DNA of 35,931 bases from assembly GCA_041664245.1 (NCBI GenBank), contig JBAYLC010000001.1:152654-188584 (forward strand), given 5' to 3'. Position 1 is the first letter of the stretch; the number at the start of each line of letters is the position of its first letter. The DNA comes from Minisyncoccota bacterium (GTDB taxonomy: Bacteria > Patescibacteriota > Minisyncoccia > UBA6257 > 2-01-FULL-56-20). The notes below the pieces were generated by a model that worked only from the letters and a program-made list of their open reading frames with translations, ran no database searches and had not been told where the DNA came from. Shown piece by piece: positions 1-9,040 of this stretch. Position numbers and translations under genes: made by a program.

Positions 1-2
1 AA

Positions 3-329
3 ATTGTTGGCCTTAAGGTGACCCTTCGCCGAGCGAAAATGGTTGATTTTTTTGAGCGTTTAGTTAGAATAGTCCTACCTCGTGTTCGTGATTTTGGCGG
101 TTTGGAAATAGAGAAAATCGACTCCCATGGCATTCTAAATGCTGGTATTAGGGATCAGCTGGTTTTTCCTGAAATAAACCCGGAAGAATCGCCGTTTTCC
201 TTCTCATTGGGGGTGAATATCGTTCCCAAGATAAAAGATTCCAAAAAAGCCGAAACGGAATTTCGGCGTCTTGGTGTCCCGCTCAAAAAAGTGCGAGTTC
301 CCAAATCAAAGAAAAGCAATAAAAAATAA
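3..329 (+). CDS. rplE: 50S ribosomal protein L5 (5'-truncated by window edge)
   Basis: Open frame from the window start: [34 protein letters not shown] matches the L5 signature; directly upstream of S14/S8. Confidence 0.95.
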   Translation: MVGLKVTLRRAKMVDFFERLVRIVLPRVRDFGGLEIEKIDSHGILNAGIRDQLVFPEINPEESPFSFSLGVNIVPKIKDSKKAETEFRRLGVPLKKVRVPKSKKSNKK

Positions 330-514
330 TGGCCAAAGAATCCGTAATTGCTCGAAGCAAGAAAAAACCGAAGTGGAGTAGCCGCATTGTCCGCCGCTGT
401 TTCCGTTGCGGCCGCAAACGCGGATACCTTCGTGATTTCGGTCTTTGTCGGATTTGTTTTCGAGAGATGGCTACGAAAGGTCAAATTCCCGGCGTTAAAA
501 AATCCTCCTGGTAA
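329..514 (+). CDS. rpsZ: 30S ribosomal protein S14, zinc-binding type Z
   Basis: 61 aa with CFRCGR...GLCRICFRE (CxxC...CxxC); spc operon position. Confidence 0.97.
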   Translation: MAKESVIARSKKKPKWSSRIVRRCFRCGRKRGYLRDFGLCRICFREMATKGQIPGVKKSSW

Positions 515-549
515 TAAGATCTTGAATTTTACCTTCTAACTTTTTAAAC

Positions 550-930
550 ATGTACCATAATTTATTAACAAGAATAAAAAACGGCAGTTTAGCTAAAAAA
601 GAAAGCCTTATTTTGCCGTTCTCAAAAATGGATTTTGCCATCGCCAAAACCCTTCAAAAAGCAAAGTATTTGAAAGATGTTAACAAGAAAATTGTTAATC
701 GAAAGAATTTTATTGAAATAAAACTAGCTTATGAAAATAAGATTCCAGTTATCAACAGTTTCAAAATTATCAGCAAGCCCAGCCGTCATATTTACTGCCC
801 CTATCGCGACTTAAAATCAGTTAAAAACGGTTATGGCGTTGGAGTCATTTCAACCCCAACAGGAATTTTGAGTAACATTGAAGCCAGGAGAAAAAAAGTC
901 GGTGGAGAATATCTTTTTGAAGTTTGGTAA
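550..930 (+). CDS. rpsH: 30S ribosomal protein S8
   Basis: LLTRIKNG, ISKPSRHIY, GVGVISTPTGILS...ARRKKVGGEYLFEVW. Confidence 0.97.
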   Translation: MYHNLLTRIKNGSLAKKESLILPFSKMDFAIAKTLQKAKYLKDVNKKIVNRKNFIEIKLAYENKIPVINSFKIISKPSRHIYCPYRDLKSVKNGYGVGVISTPTGILSNIEARRKKVGGEYLFEVW

Positions 931-931
931 T

Positions 932-1474
932 ATGAGCCGCTTAGTAAAAAAACCTATTATTTTTGGCAAGCAAGTTACCGTATCCCAATCTGCCGGCCGT
1001 CTTAATATAAAGGGTCCGAAAGGGGAACGAGAACTTTTAATTCTCCCTTTCGTGAAAATTGAAATTGGGCCGGAGAGCTTAATGGTTTCCTTAGAAAAAG
1101 AAACTAGACAAGGCCGGGCCAACGTTGGAACTATGTGGTCCTTAACAAGGAGTGCTATCATAGGTTTAACTGAAGGTTTTCTAAGAGTTCTAGAAATAGA
1201 AGGAATTGGTTTTAGAGCTGCTCTTGAGGGCAAAGTTTTAGTGCTGAATCTTGGGTTTTCTAATCCGATCCGTTTTGAAGCGCCGGCGGGAGTTGATGTA
1301 ATCGTCGATAAAAACACAATAAAAATTTCCGGAACCGATAAACAACAAGTCGGTCAAGTTGCTGCCAAGATAAGATCCTTCAAGAAACCAGAACCCTATA
1401 AGGGCAAAGGTATCCACTATCTCGGTGAAGTGATTCGTCGAAAAGCCGGTAAAAAAGCTTCTACTACCAGTTAA
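932..1474 (+). CDS. rplF: 50S ribosomal protein L6
   Basis: Start MSRLVKKPI at 932 (the track start at 878 lies inside rpsH); KKPEPYKGKGIHY...RRKAGK. Confidence 0.97.
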   Translation: MSRLVKKPIIFGKQVTVSQSAGRLNIKGPKGERELLILPFVKIEIGPESLMVSLEKETRQGRANVGTMWSLTRSAIIGLTEGFLRVLEIEGIGFRAALEGKVLVLNLGFSNPIRFEAPAGVDVIVDKNTIKISGTDKQQVGQVAAKIRSFKKPEPYKGKGIHYLGEVIRRKAGKKASTTS

Positions 1475-1480
1475 ATTTAA

Positions 1481-1843
1481 ATGAACCAAGCAAGAAAGTT
1501 AAAAACGAAAAGAATTCGCCGCGTGACGAGAAATCGGTCCAAAATTTTTGGCACCTCCGAGATACCCCGGCTTGCTGTCTTTAGGAGTAACCGTTTTATT
1601 TATGTTCAACTTATTAATGATGAGATAGGAAAAACTATAATCGCTGTTTCTCCTAAGGATTTTTCCGTTGCGGATAAGAAAAAAAACAAAACCGAGCAAG
1701 CGGAAATTTTAGGCAAATTAATTGCCGAGCGGGCAATTGCTAAAAAAATAAATCAGGTTGTCTACGATAGACGTAGTTATCGCTATCATGGTCGCGTTGC
1801 CGCCGTGGCTGAAGCCGCCAGAAAAGCCGGCTTAAAAATATAA
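1481..1843 (+). CDS. rplR: 50S ribosomal protein L18
   Basis: PRLAVFRSNRFIYVQLIND, YDRRSYRYHGRVAAVAEAARKAGL. Confidence 0.97.
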   Translation: MNQARKLKTKRIRRVTRNRSKIFGTSEIPRLAVFRSNRFIYVQLINDEIGKTIIAVSPKDFSVADKKKNKTEQAEILGKLIAERAIAKKINQVVYDRRSYRYHGRVAAVAEAARKAGLKI

Positions 1844-1849
1844 ATAAAA

Positions 1850-2332
1850 ATGAACCATCCTCGATTTATAAAGCCGAAAAGTGAATTCAAAGAAAAAGTT
1901 CTCGACTTGCGTCGGGTTACTCGTGTTGTCGCTGGCGGGAAAAGGTTTCGTTTTCGGGCCACCGTTGCGATTGGCGATGAAAAGGGAAGGGTCGGTGTTG
2001 GTGTTGCGAAAGGTTTAGATGTTCAAAGCGCAGTCGGAAAGGCTCGGCTTAAGGCTCGAAAGGATATGCTTTTTGTTGAATTAAAAGATGGTCGCACCAT
2101 TCCGCACTCCGTTGAAGCAAAATACAGCGCCGCCAGGGTTTTAGTAAGACCTTCCGGGGAAGGTCGTGGTTTGAAAGCCGGCGGTGCCGTCCGTTTTATT
2201 TTGAATCTCGCTGGTGTTAAAGATGCTTCCGCAAAATGTTTAGGCCGAACTCCTAATAAGTTGACCAATGCCATGGCCACGATTATGGCATTGAAAAAGT
2301 TAAAGAGAAAAACAACGGCTGTTGTTGAATAA
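1850..2332 (+). CDS. rpsE: 30S ribosomal protein S5
   Basis: RRVTRVVAGGKRFRFRATVAIGDEKGRVGVG. Confidence 0.97.
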   Translation: MNHPRFIKPKSEFKEKVLDLRRVTRVVAGGKRFRFRATVAIGDEKGRVGVGVAKGLDVQSAVGKARLKARKDMLFVELKDGRTIPHSVEAKYSAARVLVRPSGEGRGLKAGGAVRFILNLAGVKDASAKCLGRTPNKLTNAMATIMALKKLKRKTTAVVE

Positions 2333-2336
2333 AACT

Positions 2337-2783
2337 ATGAAACTGCATCAGTTAAAAAAATCATCCGGAAAAAAACCAAAAACCAGAGTCGGTCGCGGGG
2401 GCAAGAGGGGCACCTTTGCCGGCCGTGGAACGAAAGGTCAACGATCGAGAGCTGGCCGGAGAATAAGAAAAGCGGAACGAGATCTTATTTTACGATTGCC
2501 AAAAAAACGCGGTTTTCGCAATAAGCCTAAGTCGGATAAATCAAAAGTATTCAATCTTGCTCAGTTGTTAACCGCGCTAAAACCGCTTCTTGAAAAAGAA
2601 ACTGGAGTATTTTCTGTTTCGAGAGATATCTTGAAACAACTTCGCTTAATACCCAATAGTTACCGAGGAGAAATAAAAATTTTGAGCAAGGGGGAAATAG
2701 ACAAGCCCCTGAAGTTAGTTGGTCTTGAGACATCAAAAAGTGTTAGGATTAAAATCGAAAAAGCTGGTGGCACCATAGAGTAA
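2337..2783 (+). CDS. rplO: 50S ribosomal protein L15
   Basis: MKLHQL at 2337; RVGRGGKRGTFAGRGTKGQRSRAG, LPKKRGF. Confidence 0.96.
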   Translation: MKLHQLKKSSGKKPKTRVGRGGKRGTFAGRGTKGQRSRAGRRIRKAERDLILRLPKKRGFRNKPKSDKSKVFNLAQLLTALKPLLEKETGVFSVSRDILKQLRLIPNSYRGEIKILSKGEIDKPLKLVGLETSKSVRIKIEKAGGTIE

Positions 2784-2786
2784 AGG

Positions 2787-4058
2787 ATGAACAAATTTCT
2801 CCAAATCTTCAGAATTAAAGACATTCGCAACAAAATTCTAATTGTTGCTGGGCTTTTGATTGTTTACAGAATCCTCGCCGCTGTGCCTATTCCTGGGATC
2901 GACGGAACCGCTTTGCGCGAGTATTTTAATTCCAATCAATTATTTGGCTTTTTAAATCTTTTTTCAGGCGGCGGCTTAAGTAATCTTTCTCTTGTTATGC
3001 TTGGTGTCGGCCCCTACATTACCGCCACGATTATTATGCAACTCCTAACGATTATTTTTCCCAAATTCAAGCAGCTTTACTACGAAGAAGGCGCTCAAGG
3101 ACGTGCCAAGTTTAACCAATATTCCCGGTTGCTTACTGTTCCTTTAGCCGCCTTGCAATCTTATGGTTTTTTAACACTCTTAAGAAGTCAGGGTGTTTTT
3201 ACTCATTCCGATTTATTCACCATTATCACCAGCGTTGCCACTGTTACCGCCGGATCTATGATTGCTCTTTGGCTTGGTGAATTAATCAACGAACAAAAGA
3301 TTGGCAACGGGATTTCAATGATAATCTTAGCCGGTATTTTAAGTAATCTTCCCCAAAGTTTCCAACAAGCCATTCTTACGTTCACTTCTGACAAATTGCT
3401 TATTTATCTCGGTTTTATCGTCATTGCCGTTTTATTGATCGCCGGCGTTGTCTATCTAAATGAAGGTGAAAGAAAGATTCCCGTCGCCTATGCTAGGCGA
3501 GTAAGGGGAAATAAGCTCTATGGTGGCTCATCTAGTTATCTTCCCCTCAAAGTTAATCAGGCTGGAATGATTCCTCTTATTTTCGCGGTTTCGGTTATGC
3601 TCTTCCCGCAATTTTTAGCTCAAATTTCTACAGTATTTTCCAGTGATTTTGGCGCTAAATTAAACTCCCTCGTTGCTAGCTTAATGGCTAATCAACTTTT
3701 TTATGGTATTTTCTATTTCGCTTTAGTTTTCGCCTTCACTTATTTTTACACCACCATCACGTTTAATCCGGAAGAAATTTCCAAAAATCTTCAGCGGAGC
3801 GGCGGTTTTGTGCCCGGCATTCGTCCCGGCGATAATACCACGAAATTTTTCTCCAAAACCATCAGTCGGCTGACGTTTTTTGGTGCCCTCTTTTTAGGCC
3901 TGATCGCTATTATGCCGCTTATTATCCAACCACTAACCGGTGTTGCCGTTCTCACCATAAGCGGTACCGCTCTCTTGATCGTTGTTGCCGTGGCGCTTGA
4001 AACTATGCGTCAGGTTGATTCTCAACTAACCGTTCGCGAATACGAAGGGATCGAATAA
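2787..4058 (+). CDS. secY: Preprotein translocase subunit SecY
   Basis: About 10 TM segments; LGVGPYITATIIMQLL, GNGISMIILAGI, GGFVPGIRPG. Confidence 0.98.
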   Translation: MNKFLQIFRIKDIRNKILIVAGLLIVYRILAAVPIPGIDGTALREYFNSNQLFGFLNLFSGGGLSNLSLVMLGVGPYITATIIMQLLTIIFPKFKQLYYEEGAQGRAKFNQYSRLLTVPLAALQSYGFLTLLRSQGVFTHSDLFTIITSVATVTAGSMIALWLGELINEQKIGNGISMIILAGILSNLPQSFQQAILTFTSDKLLIYLGFIVIAVLLIAGVVYLNEGERKIPVAYARRVRGNKLYGGSSSYLPLKVNQAGMIPLIFAVSVMLFPQFLAQISTVFSSDFGAKLNSLVASLMANQLFYGIFYFALVFAFTYFYTTITFNPEEISKNLQRSGGFVPGIRPGDNTTKFFSKTISRLTFFGALFLGLIAIMPLIIQPLTGVAVLTISGTALLIVVAVALETMRQVDSQLTVREYEGIE

Positions 4059-4079
4059 AAATTATAGAAATAATTTTTT

Positions 4080-4104
4080 AAAATCCCGCTCGACGGGGTT
4101 TTTA
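4080..4104 (+). terminator. Intrinsic terminator after secY
   Basis: aaaatcccg-ctcga-cggggtttt followed by further T residues. Confidence 0.7.
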
Positions 4105-4161
4105 TTTTCTACAAAGATATTTTTTATAGCGAAAAATTGTTTTTAATGATAAAATAGAAAT

Positions 4162-4836
4162 ATGAGAAAAATAGCGGTTATTCTTTATGGTCCTCCGGGT
4201 AGCGGCAAGGGGACGCAAGCCAATCTTCTTTCTAGTAATTTAGGCCTTATTCATTTTGATACTGGCCGAGTTTTAGAGGCATTACTCAATGACCCGGAAA
4301 ATCAAAAAAACAAAATTATTCAAAAAGAAAAAAAATTATTCGATTCAGGCATTCTTCTCACTCCTAGCTTTGTTCTTGAGCATCTCAAAAACAAAGTTAA
4401 AAAAATTAGCGCCGCTGGCTGGGGAATAGTTTTCAGCGGTTCGCCCCGCACTCTTTATGAGGCTAAAGGATTAATGCCAATTTTAGAAAAGCTTTTCGGT
4501 AAAGAAAATATTTTTATTTTTGAACTTGACGTTCGGGAATCCATTCCCGAGAAAAGAAATAGTCATCGTTTAATTTGCAGGATTTGTGGCGCTCCGCTCC
4601 TTTCCGCTTTTTATCCGTCGAAAAATCCCAAACACTGTCCAGTTTGTGCCGGTCCGTTTTACCGCCGAACTCTCGATAATGCAAAGACAATAAAAGTCCG
4701 CATGAACGAATACCACGAACGCACCGAGGTTATTTTTGATTTTCTTAAAAAACGAAAATATAAAGTCCATAAAATAAATGGTGAACCGCCGCCGTATCAA
4801 GTTTTCGGGCAACTAATCAAATATTTTAAAAAATAA
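4162..4836 (+). CDS. adk: Adenylate kinase with a Cys4 (zinc) LID
   Basis: P-loop GPPGSGKGTQA, SGSPRT, LID CRIC...CPVC; follows secY. Confidence 0.93.
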   Translation: MRKIAVILYGPPGSGKGTQANLLSSNLGLIHFDTGRVLEALLNDPENQKNKIIQKEKKLFDSGILLTPSFVLEHLKNKVKKISAAGWGIVFSGSPRTLYEAKGLMPILEKLFGKENIFIFELDVRESIPEKRNSHRLICRICGAPLLSAFYPSKNPKHCPVCAGPFYRRTLDNAKTIKVRMNEYHERTEVIFDFLKKRKYKVHKINGEPPPYQVFGQLIKYFKK

Positions 4837-4874
4837 TTTTTCCGTCCCGCCGAGCGGGACGGTCTTGCTATTCA

Positions 4875-5648
4875 ATGATTGAGTTAAAAACTAGCGAAGA
4901 AATTAAAATTATGGCCGAAGGTGGGCGTCGGCTAGCCGAAGTTTTAACGCGTCTTAAATCAGAAATTATTCCGGGCGTGACCACTAAATCGCTCGATAAG
5001 TTAAGCCGGGAATTAATTCGTGCTACCGGCTCCACGCCCGCTTTCTTGGGCTATCGCCCCCGCGGCGCCAAGCGGGCCTATCCGGCGACAATCTGTTCTT
5101 CAATCAACGATATAGTTGTCCACGGTTTGCCGAAAATGGAACATCTAAAAGAAGGCGATATCATCTCGATTGATGTTGGTCTTAAATACAAAGGATTCTA
5201 TCTCGACGCCGCTTTCACCGCCGGTGTTGGAGAAATTTCTGCCGAAGCCAAAAAACTTATCTCAATTACTGAACAAACTTTAAGAGAGGCAATAAAAGAA
5301 ACCAAGCCCGGCAAACGGCTTGGTGATATCGGCCACGCTGTCCAAAGTTTAGCCGAAAAAAACAACTTTTCGGTTGTCCGTTCGCTGACTGGTCATGGCA
5401 TTGGCCGTCAGCTTCATGAAGACCCCAATGTTTTCAATTTCGGCCGGCCCAAATCCGGCGAACCTCTTGAAATCGGAATGGTTATTGCCATTGAGCCGAT
5501 GTTGTCGGCTGCTCCGCCGCCCGACGGCGGAAAGATTAGAACCCTAAGTGATGACAGTTTCGCCACCCTAAACGGCTCTCTAGCGGCTCATTTTGAGCAT
5601 ACCGTAGCCATTACCAAGAAAGGCCCCCAAATTCTCACCAAAATATAG
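4875..5648 (+). CDS. map: Methionine aminopeptidase type I
   Basis: SINDIVVHG, GDIISIDVG, DAAFT, GHGIG...HEDP, IAIEPM, AHFEHTVAIT. Confidence 0.97.
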   Translation: MIELKTSEEIKIMAEGGRRLAEVLTRLKSEIIPGVTTKSLDKLSRELIRATGSTPAFLGYRPRGAKRAYPATICSSINDIVVHGLPKMEHLKEGDIISIDVGLKYKGFYLDAAFTAGVGEISAEAKKLISITEQTLREAIKETKPGKRLGDIGHAVQSLAEKNNFSVVRSLTGHGIGRQLHEDPNVFNFGRPKSGEPLEIGMVIAIEPMLSAAPPPDGGKIRTLSDDSFATLNGSLAAHFEHTVAITKKGPQILTKI

Positions 5649-5714
5649 TACAATAAAAGGGTATCCGTAGATTGGCATAAAATTCGCCCAAATGGCATAA
5701 CATCTTTTTAGTGT

Positions 5715-5745
5715 TTAGAAATTAGAAATTAAGAATTAGAAATTT
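5715..5745. repeat. 7-nt tandem repeat tract (TTAGAAA)
   Basis: ttagaaa ttagaaa ttaagaa ttagaaa tt ending at the ATG of the next gene. Confidence 0.8.
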
Positions 5746-6378
5746 ATGCAAAAACCCTATCTCTCTGTAATCATTCCCGTCAAAGACGAAATTGATCTTT
5801 TACCGCTTGTCTTAATCGATGTCGACCGTCATCTTCATAAGATAAATTTTCCCGCCGAAATAATTGTCGCCAAATCCGGCGCCGATTTAGAATTCGAATC
5901 CACTATTAAAAAAATTTCCGGCGCCATAAAAAATCTAAAATACCTTCATGCCGAGCGAGAAGAAGGAATAGCCGGAGCAATCAAAAAAGCCATGCTTCTT
6001 TCAACGGGCAATATCCGTTTAATTACTGAAATGAAAAACACTGCCCTCCTGGATCAATTTAAAGATATGATTCCCAGTTTTGAAAAAGGATCTGACCTCG
6101 TAATCGGCCGGCGAGTTTTTGGCGTGGGTGAAGCCAAGCAAGTTTGGCCTACAAAAAATAGAATTTTCGATGGCGCTTCTAATATTTTCGTCTCCTCGGT
6201 CTTCTTTCGTGGTCTCAAATTAAAAGACCCTCTCTCTAGTTTTAAGGCTTTAACTGAAGAAGCCGCCGAGAAAATTTTTTCTTCTCCCAAAAACTTATCC
6301 TTGAATTTTAACCTGGAAATCCTCAAATTAGCCCAAAAAAACAACCTCAAAATCAGCGAGGTTTCGGTTTATATGTAA
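5746..6378 (+). CDS. GT2-family (Dol-P-Glc/Man synthase-like) glycosyltransferase homolog, catalytic motifs degenerate
   Basis: YLSVIIPV, DLVIGRR and D..SSFKALT fit GT2, but the DDGS and DAD motifs are absent. Confidence 0.75.
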   Translation: MQKPYLSVIIPVKDEIDLLPLVLIDVDRHLHKINFPAEIIVAKSGADLEFESTIKKISGAIKNLKYLHAEREEGIAGAIKKAMLLSTGNIRLITEMKNTALLDQFKDMIPSFEKGSDLVIGRRVFGVGEAKQVWPTKNRIFDGASNIFVSSVFFRGLKLKDPLSSFKALTEEAAEKIFSSPKNLSLNFNLEILKLAQKNNLKISEVSVYM

Positions 6379-6411
6379 GCAGCTTTCGAGTAGTCTTTCC
6401 CTATCCCGCTC

Positions 6412-6440
6412 TTGACAAAAGCAAATTTTAGGTTTAGCAT
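6412..6440 (+). promoter_or_regulatory. sigma70-type promoter
   Basis: TTGACA (6412-17), 17 nt, TAGCAT (6435-40); SD AAGGAGG at 6455-61. Confidence 0.7.
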
Positions 6441-6468
6441 AACGGAAGCTTTTTAAGGAGGTCATTCT

Positions 6469-6714
6469 ATGACATTCTTCATTCCAGCCCAACGATGCCG
6501 TAAAACCGCTGGATGCGACGGCATTGTTACTATTGTTTGGGTTAATAAACCTAACAGCGAACGGGAACTAAAAGGCCAGTGCAGCAAGTGCGGGGCCATT
6601 CAGAATAGGACTAATCAAGTTATGGAAGGCGGAGAGGTGAAAGACGTGTTGATAAGTCTTACGTCATCAGTGCCTATTAAGGGACAAAGAGAACCTCTCC
6701 CAATCTCTGCCTAA
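6469..6714 (+). CDS. Hypothetical small protein, possible zinc ribbon
   Basis: Own promoter, strong SD 7 nt before ATG; C-x5-C ... CSKC. Confidence 0.65.
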   Translation: MTFFIPAQRCRKTAGCDGIVTIVWVNKPNSERELKGQCSKCGAIQNRTNQVMEGGEVKDVLISLTSSVPIKGQREPLPISA

Positions 6715-6941
6715 CCAAGTTCCCCCCCCTTGGGCAAATCCGCCCAAAACCACCGATCTGACACTAATCAAAAGAAAGCATTCTCCAATTCTATCTTTTG
6801 TTCCAAGTGTCGGTCGGTGGCTTTTTATTTTCTCAAAGGCTTGTTTTTATCGCCAAAAGGGTTACAATGTAACCAATCAGCGGAAGACGAAAAGCTTCCC
6901 TTTTAAATTGAAAACTGTCGCAATGTAAAATTTTCATCACT

Positions 6942-7400
6942 ATGAACACCCATTATTTAACTCAAGCTAAACTAGAGGAACTCAAAAAGGAATTAGAAAC
7001 ACTCAAAAAGGATAAGCGGCAGGAAATTGCTGAACGCCTTAAGACCGCCAAGGATTATGGCGATCTTTCTGAAAATTCTGAATACGCCGAAGCGAGGGAA
7101 GAGCAGGCGGTTGTTGAGCAGAGAATTTTTCAACTCGAGGATATGCTCAAAGATACCTCAATTATTGAAACCGGTGGTGATGCCAATAAAGTCCGAGTCG
7201 GTTCTGTTGTCAAAATTAAAAAAGATGACAAAGTTTTTTCTTATTCCATTGTTGGCGCCAATGAAACGATGCCCGAGGAAGGAAAAATTTCTAATGAATC
7301 TCCGCTTGGCCAAGCTCTAATCGGCCACAGCGCCGGTGAATCGGTTTCTATCAAGACACCCGCCGGCGAGTTTGTTTATAAAATTATCAGTATCGAATAA
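6942..7400 (+). CDS. greA: Transcription elongation factor GreA
   Basis: GDLSENSEYAEARE, KISNESPLGQALIG. Confidence 0.97.
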   Translation: MNTHYLTQAKLEELKKELETLKKDKRQEIAERLKTAKDYGDLSENSEYAEAREEQAVVEQRIFQLEDMLKDTSIIETGGDANKVRVGSVVKIKKDDKVFSYSIVGANETMPEEGKISNESPLGQALIGHSAGESVSIKTPAGEFVYKIISIE

Positions 7401-7410
7401 GATAATTTCC

Positions 7411-7445
7411 TACTTGATACTTGAAGCTTGATACCTGATACTTAG
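7411..7445. repeat. 7-nt tandem repeat tract (TACTTGA)
   Basis: tacttga tacttga agcttga tacctga tacttag just upstream of the lysS ATG. Confidence 0.8.
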
Positions 7446-7448
7446 TGT

Positions 7449-8900
7449 ATGCTCGAAGACATCATCAAAGAGCGAAAGAAAAAACTTGAAGAAATAAACA
7501 GGGCTGATGGTTCGGCTTTTCCGGTAAAAGTTAAAAGAACAGCCACGGTTTCGGAGATTCTCGATAATTTCCCGAAAGTCAGCCGTTCAACCAAAAAGTT
7601 TTTTTTGGTGGGCAGAGTAATCGGTCTTCGTGATCAAGGCGGCCTGATTTTTATTGACCTTGAAGATGAAACCGGGCACATCCAAGTTGTTTTTAAAAAA
7701 GCCACTCTAAAAAATTTTAACTTTCTAAAATCAGTAATCGATCGTGGCGATTTTATCTCCGTCGTTGGCGTTGCTTTCAAAACTAAAAGGGGAGAGAAAA
7801 GTGTAGACGCTCGAGAATTTAAAGTAATTAGTAAAAGTCTTCGCCCGATCCCAACCGAATGGTTTGGAATTGAAGAAATCGAAACCCGTCTTCGTAAGCG
7901 TTATCTCGACTTAATTCTTAATCCCGAAGTAAAAAATATATTCAAAAAGAAGGCGGTTTTTTGGCGTTCATTTCGGGACTATTTATTAAAGAACAATTTT
8001 TTAGAAGTAGAAACGCCAGTGCTGGAAAGTATTCCTGGCGGCGCGGAAGCCGAACCATTCAAAACTCACCACAACGCCCTAGAGACTGATTTCTATCTTC
8101 GGATTTCCCTAGAGCTTTCCTTAAAAAAACTTCTAGTCGGTGGCTTTGAAAAAGTCTTTGAAATTGGTCGAATTTTCCGAAACGAGGGCATCGATCGTGA
8201 GCACCTCCAGGATTATACTCAGCTGGAGTTTTACTGGGCTTATCACGATCTAGATGATCTAATCCCTTTTACGGAAAAATTGTATAAATCTGTTATTAAA
8301 AACACCGTCGGCAGTCTCAAGACAAAATTCGAAGGAAAAACTATTGATTGGGGTAAGAAATGGCCAAAAGTTAGTTACGTGGATGCGTTTCTGAAAGCCA
8401 ATAAAATTAATCCGATAAATGCCACCAAGGAGGAATTGTTTAAAAAAGCCGAATCACTCGGTCTTAAACCGGAAAAAAATCTCGGCAAGGGTCGTTTGAT
8501 TGATTTGATTTTTAAGAAAACCGTCCGGCCTAATTTAATCCAACCCTGCTTTTTAATAGATCAGCCAGTTGAACTTGAGCCGCTCGCCAAACGCTCCAAG
8601 AAAAATCCGAAAATTGTGGAACGTTTTCAAATTATGGCGTGCGGCACCGAGCTTGGCAAAGGTTTTTCGGAATTAAACGATCCAATCGATCAGCGCCAGA
8701 GATTTGAAGAACAAATGAAACTTCGTGAGGCGGGGGACAAAGAAGCCCAACAATTGGATGAAGACTTTTTAGAAGCGCTTGAATATGGCATGCCTCCCGC
8801 AGCTGGCTTTGGCGTCTCTGAGCGTCTTTTCGCCGTGCTGATGGATAAATCTGTCCGTGAGACAGTTATCTATCCACTCATGAAATCAAAAATTAAATAA
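7449..8900 (+). CDS. lysS: Lysine--tRNA ligase, class II
   Basis: OB fold, FLEVETP, GGAEAEPF, FEIGRIFRNEGID, ELGKGFSELNDP, YGMPPAAGFG. Confidence 0.97.
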   Translation: MLEDIIKERKKKLEEINRADGSAFPVKVKRTATVSEILDNFPKVSRSTKKFFLVGRVIGLRDQGGLIFIDLEDETGHIQVVFKKATLKNFNFLKSVIDRGDFISVVGVAFKTKRGEKSVDAREFKVISKSLRPIPTEWFGIEEIETRLRKRYLDLILNPEVKNIFKKKAVFWRSFRDYLLKNNFLEVETPVLESIPGGAEAEPFKTHHNALETDFYLRISLELSLKKLLVGGFEKVFEIGRIFRNEGIDREHLQDYTQLEFYWAYHDLDDLIPFTEKLYKSVIKNTVGSLKTKFEGKTIDWGKKWPKVSYVDAFLKANKINPINATKEELFKKAESLGLKPEKNLGKGRLIDLIFKKTVRPNLIQPCFLIDQPVELEPLAKRSKKNPKIVERFQIMACGTELGKGFSELNDPIDQRQRFEEQMKLREAGDKEAQQLDEDFLEALEYGMPPAAGFGVSERLFAVLMDKSVRETVIYPLMKSKIK

Positions 8901-8918
8901 GAAAATATTCATGAGTGA

Positions 8919-8956
8919 GGCCTTCCGTAGTCCCATTAAACGGGACGAAGGAGGCC
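8919..8956. repeat. REP-like palindrome downstream of lysS
   Basis: ggccttcc-gta-gtccc-attaaac-gggac-gaa-ggaggcc. Confidence 0.55.
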
Positions 8957-9040
8957 ATTAATGAAGTCGAAAACTAAATAATAAAAATCATTAAGAACTT
9001 TTATTATTTTATCTTAACGGTTGTTAATATATAATAAGAA

